A stretch of 61,945 nucleotides of DNA, the filler included. It is 7 parts of 7 records of this genome, joined end to end, with 100 filler letters (N's around TTAATTAATTAA, not from the genome) between each part and the next. Parts side by side here need not be neighbours in the genome. Positions count along the whole stretch, not along the records: positions 1 to 6,044 come from SRR31147125_15847; positions 6,145 to 11,794 come from SRR31147125_15868; 5 more parts are not named here. One strand, 5' to 3'. Below the pieces are notes generated by a model. It searched no databases. It worked only from the letters and a program-made list of their open reading frames with translations, and was not told where the DNA came from. A program made the translations under genes and the position numbers. Within the stretch, counting starts at the first letter, position 1. The number at the start of each line of letters is the position of its first letter. Below are positions 1-9,088 of the stretch, piece by piece.

Positions 1-153
1 TTTTTTGAAAACGATATGATTTTTTTAAAAAATACTCTTGCTATTTATTTTTAGTGATGTTATACTGATATATTAGACTTTAAAAAAGTGTCTAAATCAA
101 ATTTTATGCAGGGAGGCTTTAATTTGATATCTAAATATATCTGAGAGTAAATA

Positions 154-498
154 ATGACTGCAAAATTTAAATCCACCACCCTGCCGGATGTAGAAAAGAA
201 AAAGGTCACCAGAGAGAAAAAACAACCTCTTTTAATACCGAAATACAACGTTGTGCTTCTGGATGATAATGATCATACCTATGATTATGTCATTGGGATG
301 TTGATGCAGCTCTTTGGGCACAGTCAGGGTAAAGCCTTTCAAATGGCATGTGAAGTGGATTTTACCGGACGTGTTGTTGTTCTAACAACGAATATGGAAA
401 GAGCCGAGTTAAAAAGGGATCAAATCCATTCATTTGGCCCTGATTTTCGAATTCCTCATTGCTCAGGTTCCATGTCAGCCATAATTGAACCGGTATAG
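154..498 (+). CDS. clpS: ATP-dependent Clp protease adaptor ClpS
   Basis: YNVVLLDDNDHTYDYV and 'MACEVDFTGRVVV' match the ClpS fold motifs; lies next to clpP. Confidence 0.9.
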   Translation: MTAKFKSTTLPDVEKKKVTREKKQPLLIPKYNVVLLDDNDHTYDYVIGMLMQLFGHSQGKAFQMACEVDFTGRVVVLTTNMERAELKRDQIHSFGPDFRIPHCSGSMSAIIEPV

Positions 499-586
499 AT
501 TATAATATACCGAAGGATAAGATAGTATAGAATAAAGTTTATCAAAAAAAGGCACCTTAACAAGTTCTACAAAAGGAGAATCAGTA

Positions 587-1165
587 ATGAATCAAAACAA
601 AGCACAACAGGCAGATGACTATTTACGCGCTGTTTTGGAAGATCGACTGCTGAAAACAAGAACAATCATGATTTTTGGTGAGATAAATCAAAGAGTGGCA
701 CGAGAGTTCTCTGAAAAACTTATTCTTCTTGCAGATGAATCTAAAGATGATATTAAGGTCATCATCAACTCCCAGGGAGGCCATGTCGATTCCGGAGACA
801 CTATATTTGATATGATCCGATTTGTCGAGCCACGAGTGAACATCATTGGTACCGGTTGGGTTGCCAGTGCCGGAGCACTCATTTTTTCAGCCCCGCCTTT
901 AAAACAACGTTTTTGTCTGCCCAACACCCGTTTTCTTTTACATCAGCCAAGCGGTGGAGTTGGAGGTGCGGCATCAGATATTGGTATTGAAGCGAATGAA
1001 ATTATTAAAATGAAACAACGATTAAATACTATTTTATCCGAACAAACCGGTCAGCCTATTGAAAAAATTGTTAAAGATACTGAACGGAATTTTTGGATGA
1101 ACGCCAAAGAAGCTATCGAATATGGCCTGGTTGGCAAGATTATAACGTCTATTAAAGATATTTGA
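587..1165 (+). CDS. clpP: Clp protease proteolytic subunit (ClpP2-like)
   Basis: INSQGG, VASAG (catalytic Ser), LLHQPSGG (His), EAIEYGLV; AGGAG RBS upstream. Confidence 0.95.
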   Translation: MNQNKAQQADDYLRAVLEDRLLKTRTIMIFGEINQRVAREFSEKLILLADESKDDIKVIINSQGGHVDSGDTIFDMIRFVEPRVNIIGTGWVASAGALIFSAPPLKQRFCLPNTRFLLHQPSGGVGGAASDIGIEANEIIKMKQRLNTILSEQTGQPIEKIVKDTERNFWMNAKEAIEYGLVGKIITSIKDI

Positions 1166-1388
1166 TTGAGTTAATACAAAATACGATCTGTCTGAAGACT
1201 GGAATTATTGTTTCGGGATCCGGATAGGAGCGTATCGGAATAACAAAGGGGAGAGCACACTGACCTTCCAGGATTAATAATCCTGCTCAATAGGTGTCTG
1301 GTGCAAAAAAGGGGATTGTGAAAAAAATAGAATCTGTCCAATTTTGGCCCGAAAAATAAAGATGCAATTCTTAACAGGAGACTTTTTC

Positions 1389-3608
1389 ATGAAATTATTT
1401 TCGAACGTTCGTGGTGATTTCCTTGGCGGTTTTACGACCTCTGTTGTTGCTTTGCCCTTGTCCATTGCATTCGGTGTGGCAGCTCTGGCTCCTCTTGGAC
1501 CTGAATATATAGCTCAGGGTGCTCTGGCCGGTCTTTATGCTTCCATTATTGCCGGTGCGCTTGCCAGTTTGTTTGGAGGGACGCAAACCCAGATATCCGG
1601 ACCTACGGCTCCCATGTCCGTTGTTGTGACGTCCGTCATTGTAAAATTAATGAAAGATCCAGAGATCACACAAATCGGATCAAGTCCTGCTGAAGTCATT
1701 TTATTGATTGTGGCTGTTACAATTGTCTGTGGAGGCCTGTTTCAGATTTTGCTGGGACTCATTGGAGGCGGAAAGCTGATTAAATTTATCCCGTATCCTG
1801 TTGTAGCCGGTTTTATGAATGGTATCGCCGTGATTATTTTTCTGTCACAATTAAGGCTGTTTGTCGGTGCTGACAAGTCAGCCAGTCTTGCATCTCTGTT
1901 TACTGGCCAGACACCCATACGACTGGAAATCATTATTGTTGGTGTAGCTACGATCCTGGCCTTTATTCTTGCCACTCGTTTTATAAAAGCCATTCCTGGC
2001 GCTCTGGTTGGATTGGCAGTAGGCGTTTTAACCTATTTTATCATTGGCAAACTAGCTTTTCCTGAATTTTTACAATTGCAGGGGAACTCTTTAATTGTTG
2101 GTCCTATACCCAGTGCTATTCCAACTCCAAAGCAGCTGTTTACCTTTTTTCAACTTGTTGGCGACATACCGCCGTCAAAGTGGAGTTTTGTTGTCGTTCC
2201 GGCTATGACACTCGGTATTCTGGCGGCCATAGATACCCTACTTACATCTGTTGTCGTGGACATGGTGACAAAAACCAAACACAAAAGTAACAAGGAACTG
2301 ATCGGGCAGGGGATTGGTAATATAGGTTCGGCTCTTTTTGGCGGATTGCCGGCAGCCGGCTCCACTGCTGTTACTATGGTGAATGTGAATGCCGGAGGTC
2401 GGACCCCCCTCTCCGGCTGCGCTAAAAGTCTGGCTGTTTTACTTGTTGTTCTGGTTCTTGGCAAATTTGTTCAATGGATCCCCATGGCCGTTCTGGCCGG
2501 TATCCTCATCGTTACGGCGGTGAAAATGGTGGATTATGAAAGTATAAATTTGTTTAAGAAAAAAACTGCTTTTGAAAATCTGTTCATCGTCTTTTCTGTC
2601 ACCATTATCACGGTTAGTGTCGATATTATGATTGCTGTAGGAATCGGTCTGGTCATAGCTTCCTTCCTGTTTGTAAAAGAACAAATAGGAAAGACGATTG
2701 TTCGACGCAAGTACACTGGAAATCTGGTCCATTCAAAAAGAGTACGCAGTCGCGAAGCCATGTCTATTCTGGAGGAAAAAGGTCACTCGATTACAGTCTA
2801 TGAATTGAGTGGTTCTCTCTTTTTTGGTACGTGTGACAAACTGTTTGCTGAGGTTGAAAAGGATCTGGACAGTATGTGTATTATTTTTGATCTCAAACGG
2901 GTGAGTACGATTGATCTTACCGGCGCTCAACTTATAAGACAGATTGTTGATCGTATTCATGATAAGGGCAATTGTCTGTTGCTCTCATACCTGAATATCA
3001 GTGGAAATCGCGACAAGGAGCGTTTGCAACGATTTATGGAGGATATGGAAATACCACAGTTGGTCGGCCAGGAACATATTTTCCCTGATACGGATCGTGC
3101 ACTGGAATGGGCTGAAAATGCTCTTATCCATAGAACCATGGTTGCAACGCAACAAAAGCAAGGCTTGCTTGCAGTTGAAGACCTGGCTGTACTAAAAGAC
3201 CTGTCTGCTGATCAGCTTGCTCATGTACGCCAGCATATCCAGTCCAAAACCTTTCAGAAAGGAGATATCATTTTTAAGGAAGGGGATCCGGGTGATGGTA
3301 TCTATTTTATTCAATCCGGTTATGTAAGTGTTTTGGCTGGAATGGATCATGGTGGTAATAGTCATCGTTTGGTAACTTTTGCTGAAGGTGTGTTCTTTGG
3401 AGATATGGCTATTTTGGAAGGGCAGCCTCGTTCTGCTACGGTTCGGGCAGAGGCAGAGACCCATCTTTTGTTTATCTCTAAAGAAGATTTCCAACATTTA
3501 ACCGATAGCGAGCCCCTGCTTGCCGCGCGCTTGCTGAACGGGATCGCGAGAGAATTGTCGTATCGATTAAGAGTCACAAATGCAGAAGTAAGGACTCTGG
3601 CTGAATAG
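1389..3608 (+). CDS. SulP/SLC26 anion transporter with STAS and C-terminal cyclic-nucleotide-binding domains
   Basis: GDFLGG..VALPLSIAFG, ISGPTA, NKELIGQGIGN, STAS (LFFG, DLKRVSTIDLTG), cNMP motif FFGDMAILEGQPRSATVRA; start placed at the ATG after AGGAG (1376-1380). Confidence 0.92.
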   Translation: MKLFSNVRGDFLGGFTTSVVALPLSIAFGVAALAPLGPEYIAQGALAGLYASIIAGALASLFGGTQTQISGPTAPMSVVVTSVIVKLMKDPEITQIGSSPAEVILLIVAVTIVCGGLFQILLGLIGGGKLIKFIPYPVVAGFMNGIAVIIFLSQLRLFVGADKSASLASLFTGQTPIRLEIIIVGVATILAFILATRFIKAIPGALVGLAVGVLTYFIIGKLAFPEFLQLQGNSLIVGPIPSAIPTPKQLFTFFQLVGDIPPSKWSFVVVPAMTLGILAAIDTLLTSVVVDMVTKTKHKSNKELIGQGIGNIGSALFGGLPAAGSTAVTMVNVNAGGRTPLSGCAKSLAVLLVVLVLGKFVQWIPMAVLAGILIVTAVKMVDYESINLFKKKTAFENLFIVFSVTIITVSVDIMIAVGIGLVIASFLFVKEQIGKTIVRRKYTGNLVHSKRVRSREAMSILEEKGHSITVYELSGSLFFGTCDKLFAEVEKDLDSMCIIFDLKRVSTIDLTGAQLIRQIVDRIHDKGNCLLLSYLNISGNRDKERLQRFMEDMEIPQLVGQEHIFPDTDRALEWAENALIHRTMVATQQKQGLLAVEDLAVLKDLSADQLAHVRQHIQSKTFQKGDIIFKEGDPGDGIYFIQSGYVSVLAGMDHGGNSHRLVTFAEGVFFGDMAILEGQPRSATVRAEAETHLLFISKEDFQHLTDSEPLLAARLLNGIARELSYRLRVTNAEVRTLAE

Positions 3609-3646
3609 AGACGTGCTGAGGTATATTGCTTAAAGGACTGTTTATA

Positions 3647-5074
3647 ATGAAAACCTCTAATCCCGATAGACGGAAATTTTTGAAAATATGTGGCTGTCTT
3701 TCCGCCTCGATGCTGCTGGCATCCGGTTTTTCATGTCAAAAGAACCGCTCGCGAAAGCCGAATATTATTTTTATTCTTGTGGATGATTTAGGGTGGAAAG
3801 ATGTGGGTTTTATGGGGAGCCGTTTTTACGAGACTCCCAATATCGACAAGCTTGCCAGTCAGGGTATGGTATTTACCAATGCCTATGCCAATGCGCCAAA
3901 CTGTGCACCTACGCGTGCCTGTTTGTTATCCGGCCAGTATTCACCACGACACGGCGTTTATACTGTTGCCAGTTCAGAACGGGGAAAAGCGCGATTTCGC
4001 AAACTGGTTCCTATAAAAAATACCACTACATTGTCCTCTGATATTACAACCATAGCGGAAGCTTTAAATTCGTCCGGGTATGTGAGTGCCAGTATTGGTA
4101 AATGGCATCTGGGTAACGATCCTGAAAGTGGACCTGTTGGTCAGGGATTTGATGTTAATATTGGCGGAACTCATGCAGGTTCTCCAAAAAGTTATTTTAG
4201 CCCATATAAAAATGATATGCTTTCGGATGGTCCGGAGGGCGAATTCCTGACCGACAGATTGACAGATGAAGCATTAGGATTTATTGAGCATCATCGTGAT
4301 AACCCCTTTTTCCTTTACCTGCCTCATTATGCCGTTCACACACCGATACAGGCCAAAAAGGAGATTATAAAAAAATATCAGAATAAAAAAAGTGATAACG
4401 GACAAAATAATCCTGTTTATGCGGCTATGATAGAAAGTACGGATCAGGGAGTTGGCAGGATTTTAACGAAACTGGAAGAATTAAAGCTGACGGACAATAC
4501 AATTATATTCTTTTTTTCGGATAATGGTGGATATGGTCCTGTAACGACAATGGAGCCTTTACGTGGTTCAAAAGGTATGTTGTATGAAGGAGGAATTCGT
4601 GTGCCGATGGTCGTTAAATGGCCTGAAAAAATCGCACCCGGTTCCAGGTCCGACAAGCCGGTAATCGGCATCGATTTTTATCCTACGATTTTACAGATGA
4701 CTGGTGTTCAAAAAAGACCGGATCAAATCCTGGATGGTGAAAGTTTAGTGCCATTAATGACAAAGCAGGAGACTCTGAAAAGATCTCTTTACTGGCATTT
4801 TCCAGCCTATTTACAGGCTTTTAAAGGCATGAAAGGTACCTGGCGAACAACACCAGCCGGAGCTATTCGGCAGGGGGACTGGAAGTTAATCGAATTCTTC
4901 GAGGATGGACGGTTAGAGCTTTACAATTTGAAACAGGATATCGGCGAGTCAGAAAATATAGCTAAAAAATATCCTGATAAAGTAAAATCCATGCACCAGG
5001 ATCTTGTGGCATGGCGAGAATCTATCAAGGCACCTGTTCCAACTGAAAAAAATCCCTTATATAACCCTGAATAG
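3647..5074 (+). CDS. Sulfatase (S1, Cys-type), Tat-exported lipoprotein
   Basis: PNIIFILVDDLGW, CAPTR (CxPxR), GKWHLG, SDNG; twin-arginine DRRKFLK and lipobox-like GFSC. Confidence 0.93.
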   Translation: MKTSNPDRRKFLKICGCLSASMLLASGFSCQKNRSRKPNIIFILVDDLGWKDVGFMGSRFYETPNIDKLASQGMVFTNAYANAPNCAPTRACLLSGQYSPRHGVYTVASSERGKARFRKLVPIKNTTTLSSDITTIAEALNSSGYVSASIGKWHLGNDPESGPVGQGFDVNIGGTHAGSPKSYFSPYKNDMLSDGPEGEFLTDRLTDEALGFIEHHRDNPFFLYLPHYAVHTPIQAKKEIIKKYQNKKSDNGQNNPVYAAMIESTDQGVGRILTKLEELKLTDNTIIFFFSDNGGYGPVTTMEPLRGSKGMLYEGGIRVPMVVKWPEKIAPGSRSDKPVIGIDFYPTILQMTGVQKRPDQILDGESLVPLMTKQETLKRSLYWHFPAYLQAFKGMKGTWRTTPAGAIRQGDWKLIEFFEDGRLELYNLKQDIGESENIAKKYPDKVKSMHQDLVAWRESIKAPVPTEKNPLYNPE

Positions 5075-5222
5075 AATCCTGAAAACATAACTGTGGTGTA
5101 AATGTCCCAAAATTAACTCTGGTTTGAAAGTGTGAAAAAATCATTTGAAATCCATTCGGATCTATTTATTTAATAACGAATTGTTCAATAACAAACAAAA
5201 TAATTATTCCGGAAAGGCAAGT

Positions 5223-5876
5223 ATGCGACGATATGATTGGTTACTTTTAGTTCCAATTTTCATTGGTGTTATGGCTCTGCAAACAGGACATATTGTTTTG
5301 AAACTTGGTGTTCCGTTCAGTTGCAGCGTGATTTTGTTGCTGGTGTTTAAAAAATCTCTTTGTCAAAATCGTGATCTATTTTTTGTCATTGCTGCATTCC
5401 TCTTTTCCATGCTTGGCGATCATTATCTGTCTAATAAAAGTCACCATGAAATGTATTTTGTTTATGGCATTGCCGCTTTTTTTGTAGCACATTGTGGTTA
5501 TTCCGGATATGCTCTGAGTAATGGGCGGATTCATCGATCGACATTGTTTATTTTACTGCTGATTTTTATTCCTTATTATATTTTTCTTTTGCAGCCAGCT
5601 ATTCAGGTAAGCATTCTTTCCATTTCTGTATTCATCTACCTGCTAATTTCGATCGTTGCTTTGGCACTTGCTATGGGGCTTCATTTGCATGGACCTGAAA
5701 AATATTATTATATCTTTGGAATTTTTCTTATCGTTGTATCCGATACAATTATTTCCTTCAGGGAATTTCTGGAGTTCAGATTATTAACTTTTTTAATTTT
5801 ACCAACTTATTATCTGGCGCATATTTCAATTACTCATTCTCTTCTGCGTAGACACCAAAGTAAACCGGGTGTCTGA
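5223..5876 (+). CDS. YhhN-like membrane protein (lysoplasmalogenase family)
   Basis: Multiple TM helices with FSMLGDHYL, AAFFVAHCGY, VSDTII and PTYYLAH motifs. Confidence 0.75.
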   Translation: MRRYDWLLLVPIFIGVMALQTGHIVLKLGVPFSCSVILLLVFKKSLCQNRDLFFVIAAFLFSMLGDHYLSNKSHHEMYFVYGIAAFFVAHCGYSGYALSNGRIHRSTLFILLLIFIPYYIFLLQPAIQVSILSISVFIYLLISIVALALAMGLHLHGPEKYYYIFGIFLIVVSDTIISFREFLEFRLLTFLILPTYYLAHISITHSLLRRHQSKPGV

Positions 5877-5958
5877 GACGAGTGGTAAAATAATGAATAG
5901 TTTATGAATTTATTAGTGTATTTTAAATTAAATAATTGTTAATCAGCAGGAGGTAAAG

Positions 5959-6043
5959 GTGAACCGGAAAGTAATAAATGTTATTATTATGTTATTCAGC
6001 ACGACACTCTGTTGGAGTCAGGGTAATAATACAGATCAAAAAA
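5959..6043 (+). CDS. 5' fragment of a secreted protein, cut by the contig end
   Basis: AGGAGG RBS, then GTG and a signal-peptide-like sequence (MNRKVINVIIMLFSTTLCWSQ). Confidence 0.5.
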
Positions 6044-6144
6044 ANNNNNNNNNNNNNNNNNNNNNNNNNNNNNNNNNNNNNNNNNNNNTTAATTAATTAA
6101 NNNNNNNNNNNNNNNNNNNNNNNNNNNNNNNNNNNNNNNNNNNN
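6044..6144. other. Artificial contig linker (N-run + TTAATTAATTAA + N-run)
   Basis: Six-frame stop linker; the same linker recurs at 11795-11894, 23692-23791, 41559-41658, 47853-47952 and 56621-56720. Confidence 0.99.
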
Positions 6145-6217
6145 CCAAACGTTTCACCATCGCTCCACTGCGTTCCGCTGGACTCGCTAAAGCTCGCCGG
6201 TGAACTCCACGTTACTA
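6145..6217 (+). other. Integron attC recombination site, partial (R'' cut by contig start)
   Basis: L'' GTTTCACC pairs with L' GGTGAAC with one extra base; internal CGCTCCACTGCGTTCCGCTGGACTCGCTAAAGCTCGC resembles environmental attC sites; ends CAC-GTTA. Confidence 0.7.
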
Positions 6218-6358
6218 TAGCCATCTCGAAGCTCTCTAGTTTTATAAATCTCTAAACCATTACATTATTCCTGTGCAGGTTGTCCAAGGCCGCCTATGTG
6301 ATGGGGTATAATTGAGCAAGGCACTTACGCCCTGAACCCCAACCACAGGAGGTCTACC

Positions 6359-7195
6359 ATGAAAGTCACACAGGCAGTCGATTTCCATCTGCAGTATCAC
6401 CGGGCCAACTCGAAAAAAAATACGGTCAAGACCAGCGAGTTTGTCCTCTCCAGGTTTTCAGCAAAATTCGGCAATCGTGAACTGGCCAGTATCTCGCAGG
6501 AAGAAGTCCTGGATTTCCTTTTGAGCCTGACTAAAGACAACAAACAGGCGACGAAAAGGAATCGCTATTCTGTTCTCTCGGCATTCTACAATTTCAGCAT
6601 CAACACCGGCCTACCATCTCTATCTAACCCCTGCAATACTTCCGTCATAAAGAAAATCTTCAAACGTCCCCCGCCAGTTCAATGGCAGATCGTAGACAAA
6701 GAAACGATTGATGAGATCATTTTCCGAACCACACACAAGCGCAACCGCTTGATGCTTGAACTCATGGCACGGGGCGGCATGAGAGTCGGGGAGGTGTTGA
6801 AGCTGACCCATGATGATGTTCAAGATGATTTTCTGACCATTCAGAATCCGAAAAGTGGAAAACAGGAAGAGCGGGTTTATGTTCCACGGAAAATCCTGGT
6901 AAGGTTAAGTCGGTATGTTCAAGCAGCCGGTATCGATTCACACAACCGGATCTTTCCTATCTCCTATGTTGCTGCATGGTCAATGGTAAAAAAGGCCGGC
7001 AAGCTGGTTGATATAGAACTGAAGCCTCACGACCTGAGACGCCATGCTGCAACTTATGCATCACGTTCAGGTACACCCATAGAGATCGTCAGCAAGGTGA
7101 TATTGCGCCATGCTGATCTCTCCACAACCCAGCGCTACCTCGGCAAGGTCAACGATACGGAGGCCATCAGGTGGATTGAAACACTGTACGGTTAG
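6359..7195 (+). CDS. Tyrosine recombinase/integrase (278 aa)
   Basis: Full catalytic set: GGMRVGE (R), NPKSG (K), HDLR (H-x-x-R), LRH..STTQRY (H, Y); AGGAGG RBS. Confidence 0.93.
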   Translation: MKVTQAVDFHLQYHRANSKKNTVKTSEFVLSRFSAKFGNRELASISQEEVLDFLLSLTKDNKQATKRNRYSVLSAFYNFSINTGLPSLSNPCNTSVIKKIFKRPPPVQWQIVDKETIDEIIFRTTHKRNRLMLELMARGGMRVGEVLKLTHDDVQDDFLTIQNPKSGKQEERVYVPRKILVRLSRYVQAAGIDSHNRIFPISYVAAWSMVKKAGKLVDIELKPHDLRRHAATYASRSGTPIEIVSKVILRHADLSTTQRYLGKVNDTEAIRWIETLYG

Positions 7196-7206
7196 GTGAT
7201 CCACTT

Positions 7207-7229
7207 AGGGCGGGGATGCTCCTCGCCCT
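7207..7229 (+). terminator. GC-rich hairpin after the recombinase (terminator or element-end structure)
   Basis: AGGGCGGGG-ATGCT-CCTCGCCCT stem-loop. Confidence 0.55.
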
Positions 7230-7508
7230 TTATAGCAACAGGAACTATTTCAAATTTCTATAATTCCCAGCTTGTTTGAGGTTACAACGAGCAAGATAAT
7301 GATATCTGATCGTAATGATGACCACCAATTCCCACTACCGACCGCTCACAGGCAATAAGATTTGTCGATTGCAATCTAAAATATACCTGTGATATGCTGA
7401 TTGACAGGATTGGGTCAACCATTATGCAAGAATGCGAAACATATTCTGTTTTGATGTAATCAAGTAAAAACGGACATTTTTTTGCTGACTTTTTCAAAAT
7501 TCTCTTTT

Positions 7509-7586
7509 TCTCTTGCTTATTGAACACCTCCAAAATGATGGATAATTCACTCTTCAAAAAGTGTCCACTAAAACCTTACCACTTCA
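7509..7586 (+). mobile_element. IS3-family right-end remnant
   Basis: Degenerate transposase tail S-L-A-Y-*-T-P (compare SLGYxTP), followed by GTGTCCACTAAAACCTTACCACTTCA, an IS3-type terminal repeat ending in CA. Confidence 0.5.
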
Positions 7587-7632
7587 TTTTCATTCATATC
7601 GAAATTGATATTCTTCGGAGATAAGCAATATT

Positions 7633-8499
7633 ATGTGGAAATATATTCTGGGAGGAGTTCTAAGTGGCATTCTATTCCTTTATCCATTTTTGAATTTTCT
7701 CTCTCACATTGCGTTTGAGGAGGAGTTGGGGCACAACCATACGCTTTTGGATAGTCTTTTTATAGAATTGACTGGGGCCTTTTCTTTGACAAAGATATTC
7801 TGGATTTTTGGGTTCGGATTGTTTGGTGGTATTTTGGGATTCTTATTGTTTAGAGAAAGAGAATTATTCGTCGCATTGCAAAATTCTAGTGAGCAGTACC
7901 GCAGACTCATTATTAATATTCCCGGTATGATTTATAAAGGCAACCCTGACTGGTCCGCAGAAATCAGCGAGAATTGTGAGAAACTGTGTGGGTATCAAGC
8001 CAAGGATTTCATGACTGAAGAAAATGTCTGGGCGAAAATCATTCATCCGGATGACAAGCAACGAGTTTTTAGTGAATCATCCAAAATGATGGAAGAATCG
8101 TTGACTCTAATCCAAGAATACAGAATTTTTACAAAAGATGGAAAGATAAAGTGGGTGCGCGATCATAAGAATTCATCCTTCAATGATGATGGTTCGTTTG
8201 ATGGTGTTGACGGAATCGTCTATGATATCACTGACCACAAAATGGTTGAGGAACAACGGGATAAATTATTATTGGAAACACTAGCAGAAGTTAAAATATT
8301 GCAGGGTCTTCTACCCATTTGCTCACTGTGCAAAAATATCCGTGATGACAAGGGATACTGGACTAAGATCGAATCATATATCCATAAACATTCTGAAGTT
8401 AAATTCAGCCACGGTATTTGTCCAGAATGTGCTATAAAATATTACCCAGATATGGACCTTTATGGCGATAAAGAAAATCAAGGTAAATTATCCAATTAG
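7633..8499 (+). CDS. Membrane-anchored PAS-domain protein with a C-terminal Cys-rich module
   Basis: Two TM segments; PAS (IHPDD, EYRI..DGKIKWVRD, DIT); C-terminal LPICSLCKNIRDDKGYW..FSHGICPEC. Confidence 0.85.
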   Translation: MWKYILGGVLSGILFLYPFLNFLSHIAFEEELGHNHTLLDSLFIELTGAFSLTKIFWIFGFGLFGGILGFLLFRERELFVALQNSSEQYRRLIINIPGMIYKGNPDWSAEISENCEKLCGYQAKDFMTEENVWAKIIHPDDKQRVFSESSKMMEESLTLIQEYRIFTKDGKIKWVRDHKNSSFNDDGSFDGVDGIVYDITDHKMVEEQRDKLLLETLAEVKILQGLLPICSLCKNIRDDKGYWTKIESYIHKHSEVKFSHGICPECAIKYYPDMDLYGDKENQGKLSN

Positions 8500-8792
8500 C
8501 AACATTGCAACGGTCCTTGCAACTCCAGCTTGCTGGATAAAATCTATAATTTAAAAATTGTTTTTCCGGAGCAGTTGGCTTGGTTCCAAGAATTAAATCT
8601 CCCCTGCTAACCTCAACATATAGTGAATGCCTTGAAGCGAAAATGTTTCCTGTTTCTCTTTAGCCCGGTTCGTAAGCTGACGCAAGTCATAGGCAGTCGG
8701 CGGTAGCTGCGGGAGCGGCTGAAAAAGATTGACCGGAATGTAGTTGAGTAATTCGGGTAGTCCGATTGGTCCCAAATTGGTCCGAAAACAGA

Positions 8793-8829
8793 AACAGCCA
8801 CTCAGCTATATTAGCTAAGTGGCTGTTTA
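8793..8829. terminator. Inverted repeat next to the tRNA fragment
   Basis: AAACAGCCACTCAGCTA-TAT-TAGCTAAGTGGCTGTTT, a stem with one mismatch. Confidence 0.65.
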
Positions 8830-8832
8830 AAC

Positions 8833-8857
8833 TGGTCGGGATGAGAGGATTTGAACT
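8833..8857 (-). other. 3' fragment of tRNA-Pro (att-site scar), not a full tRNA
   Basis: Minus strand reads AGTTCAAATCCTCTCATCCCGACCA: T-loop, acceptor 3' strand and CCA of tRNA-Pro; no D or anticodon arm. Confidence 0.8.
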
Positions 8858-9088
8858 TCATCACCGTTGCTTAACTAATTGAAAATATATTATAAAAAAC
8901 TGGGTTGTAATACCTGTGTATAACATCATTATCCCCTTGCTTGCATCTATCGAAGCTATTCAGGAAACATCTGAGGCAACGGTGTAAACAACGTCGAGTA
9001 TCTTCACTTAGGCAAGATCAGTGGTAGATTAGCCTGTGAAGTTGAAAAGTTACCCCGGTATCACTGGTAGGTTCAATACAGTTCCCTT

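Larger units (their letters stand above)
6212..7236 (+). mobile_element. Putative minimal tyrosine-recombinase element inserted at the attC R' box
   Basis: Single recombinase gene bounded by short direct repeats (TTA 6212-6214/7230-7232, or TATAGC 6216-6221/7231-7236), with a terminal hairpin at 7207-7229. Confidence 0.45.

Noticed and set aside
6089-6100. Recurrent TTAATTAATTAA motif
   Set aside because: Artificial six-frame stop linker inside N-runs.
6359-7195. Recombinase as the integron integrase IntI
   Set aside because: It is too short, has no evident IntI-specific insertion, and lies downstream of and co-oriented with the attC, with no attI visible.
7282-7557. 91-aa minus-strand ORF
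   Set aside because: No motif or RBS, and it overlaps the IS remnant; probably spurious.
8833-8857. Functional tRNA gene
   Set aside because: Only the 3' 25 nt are present.
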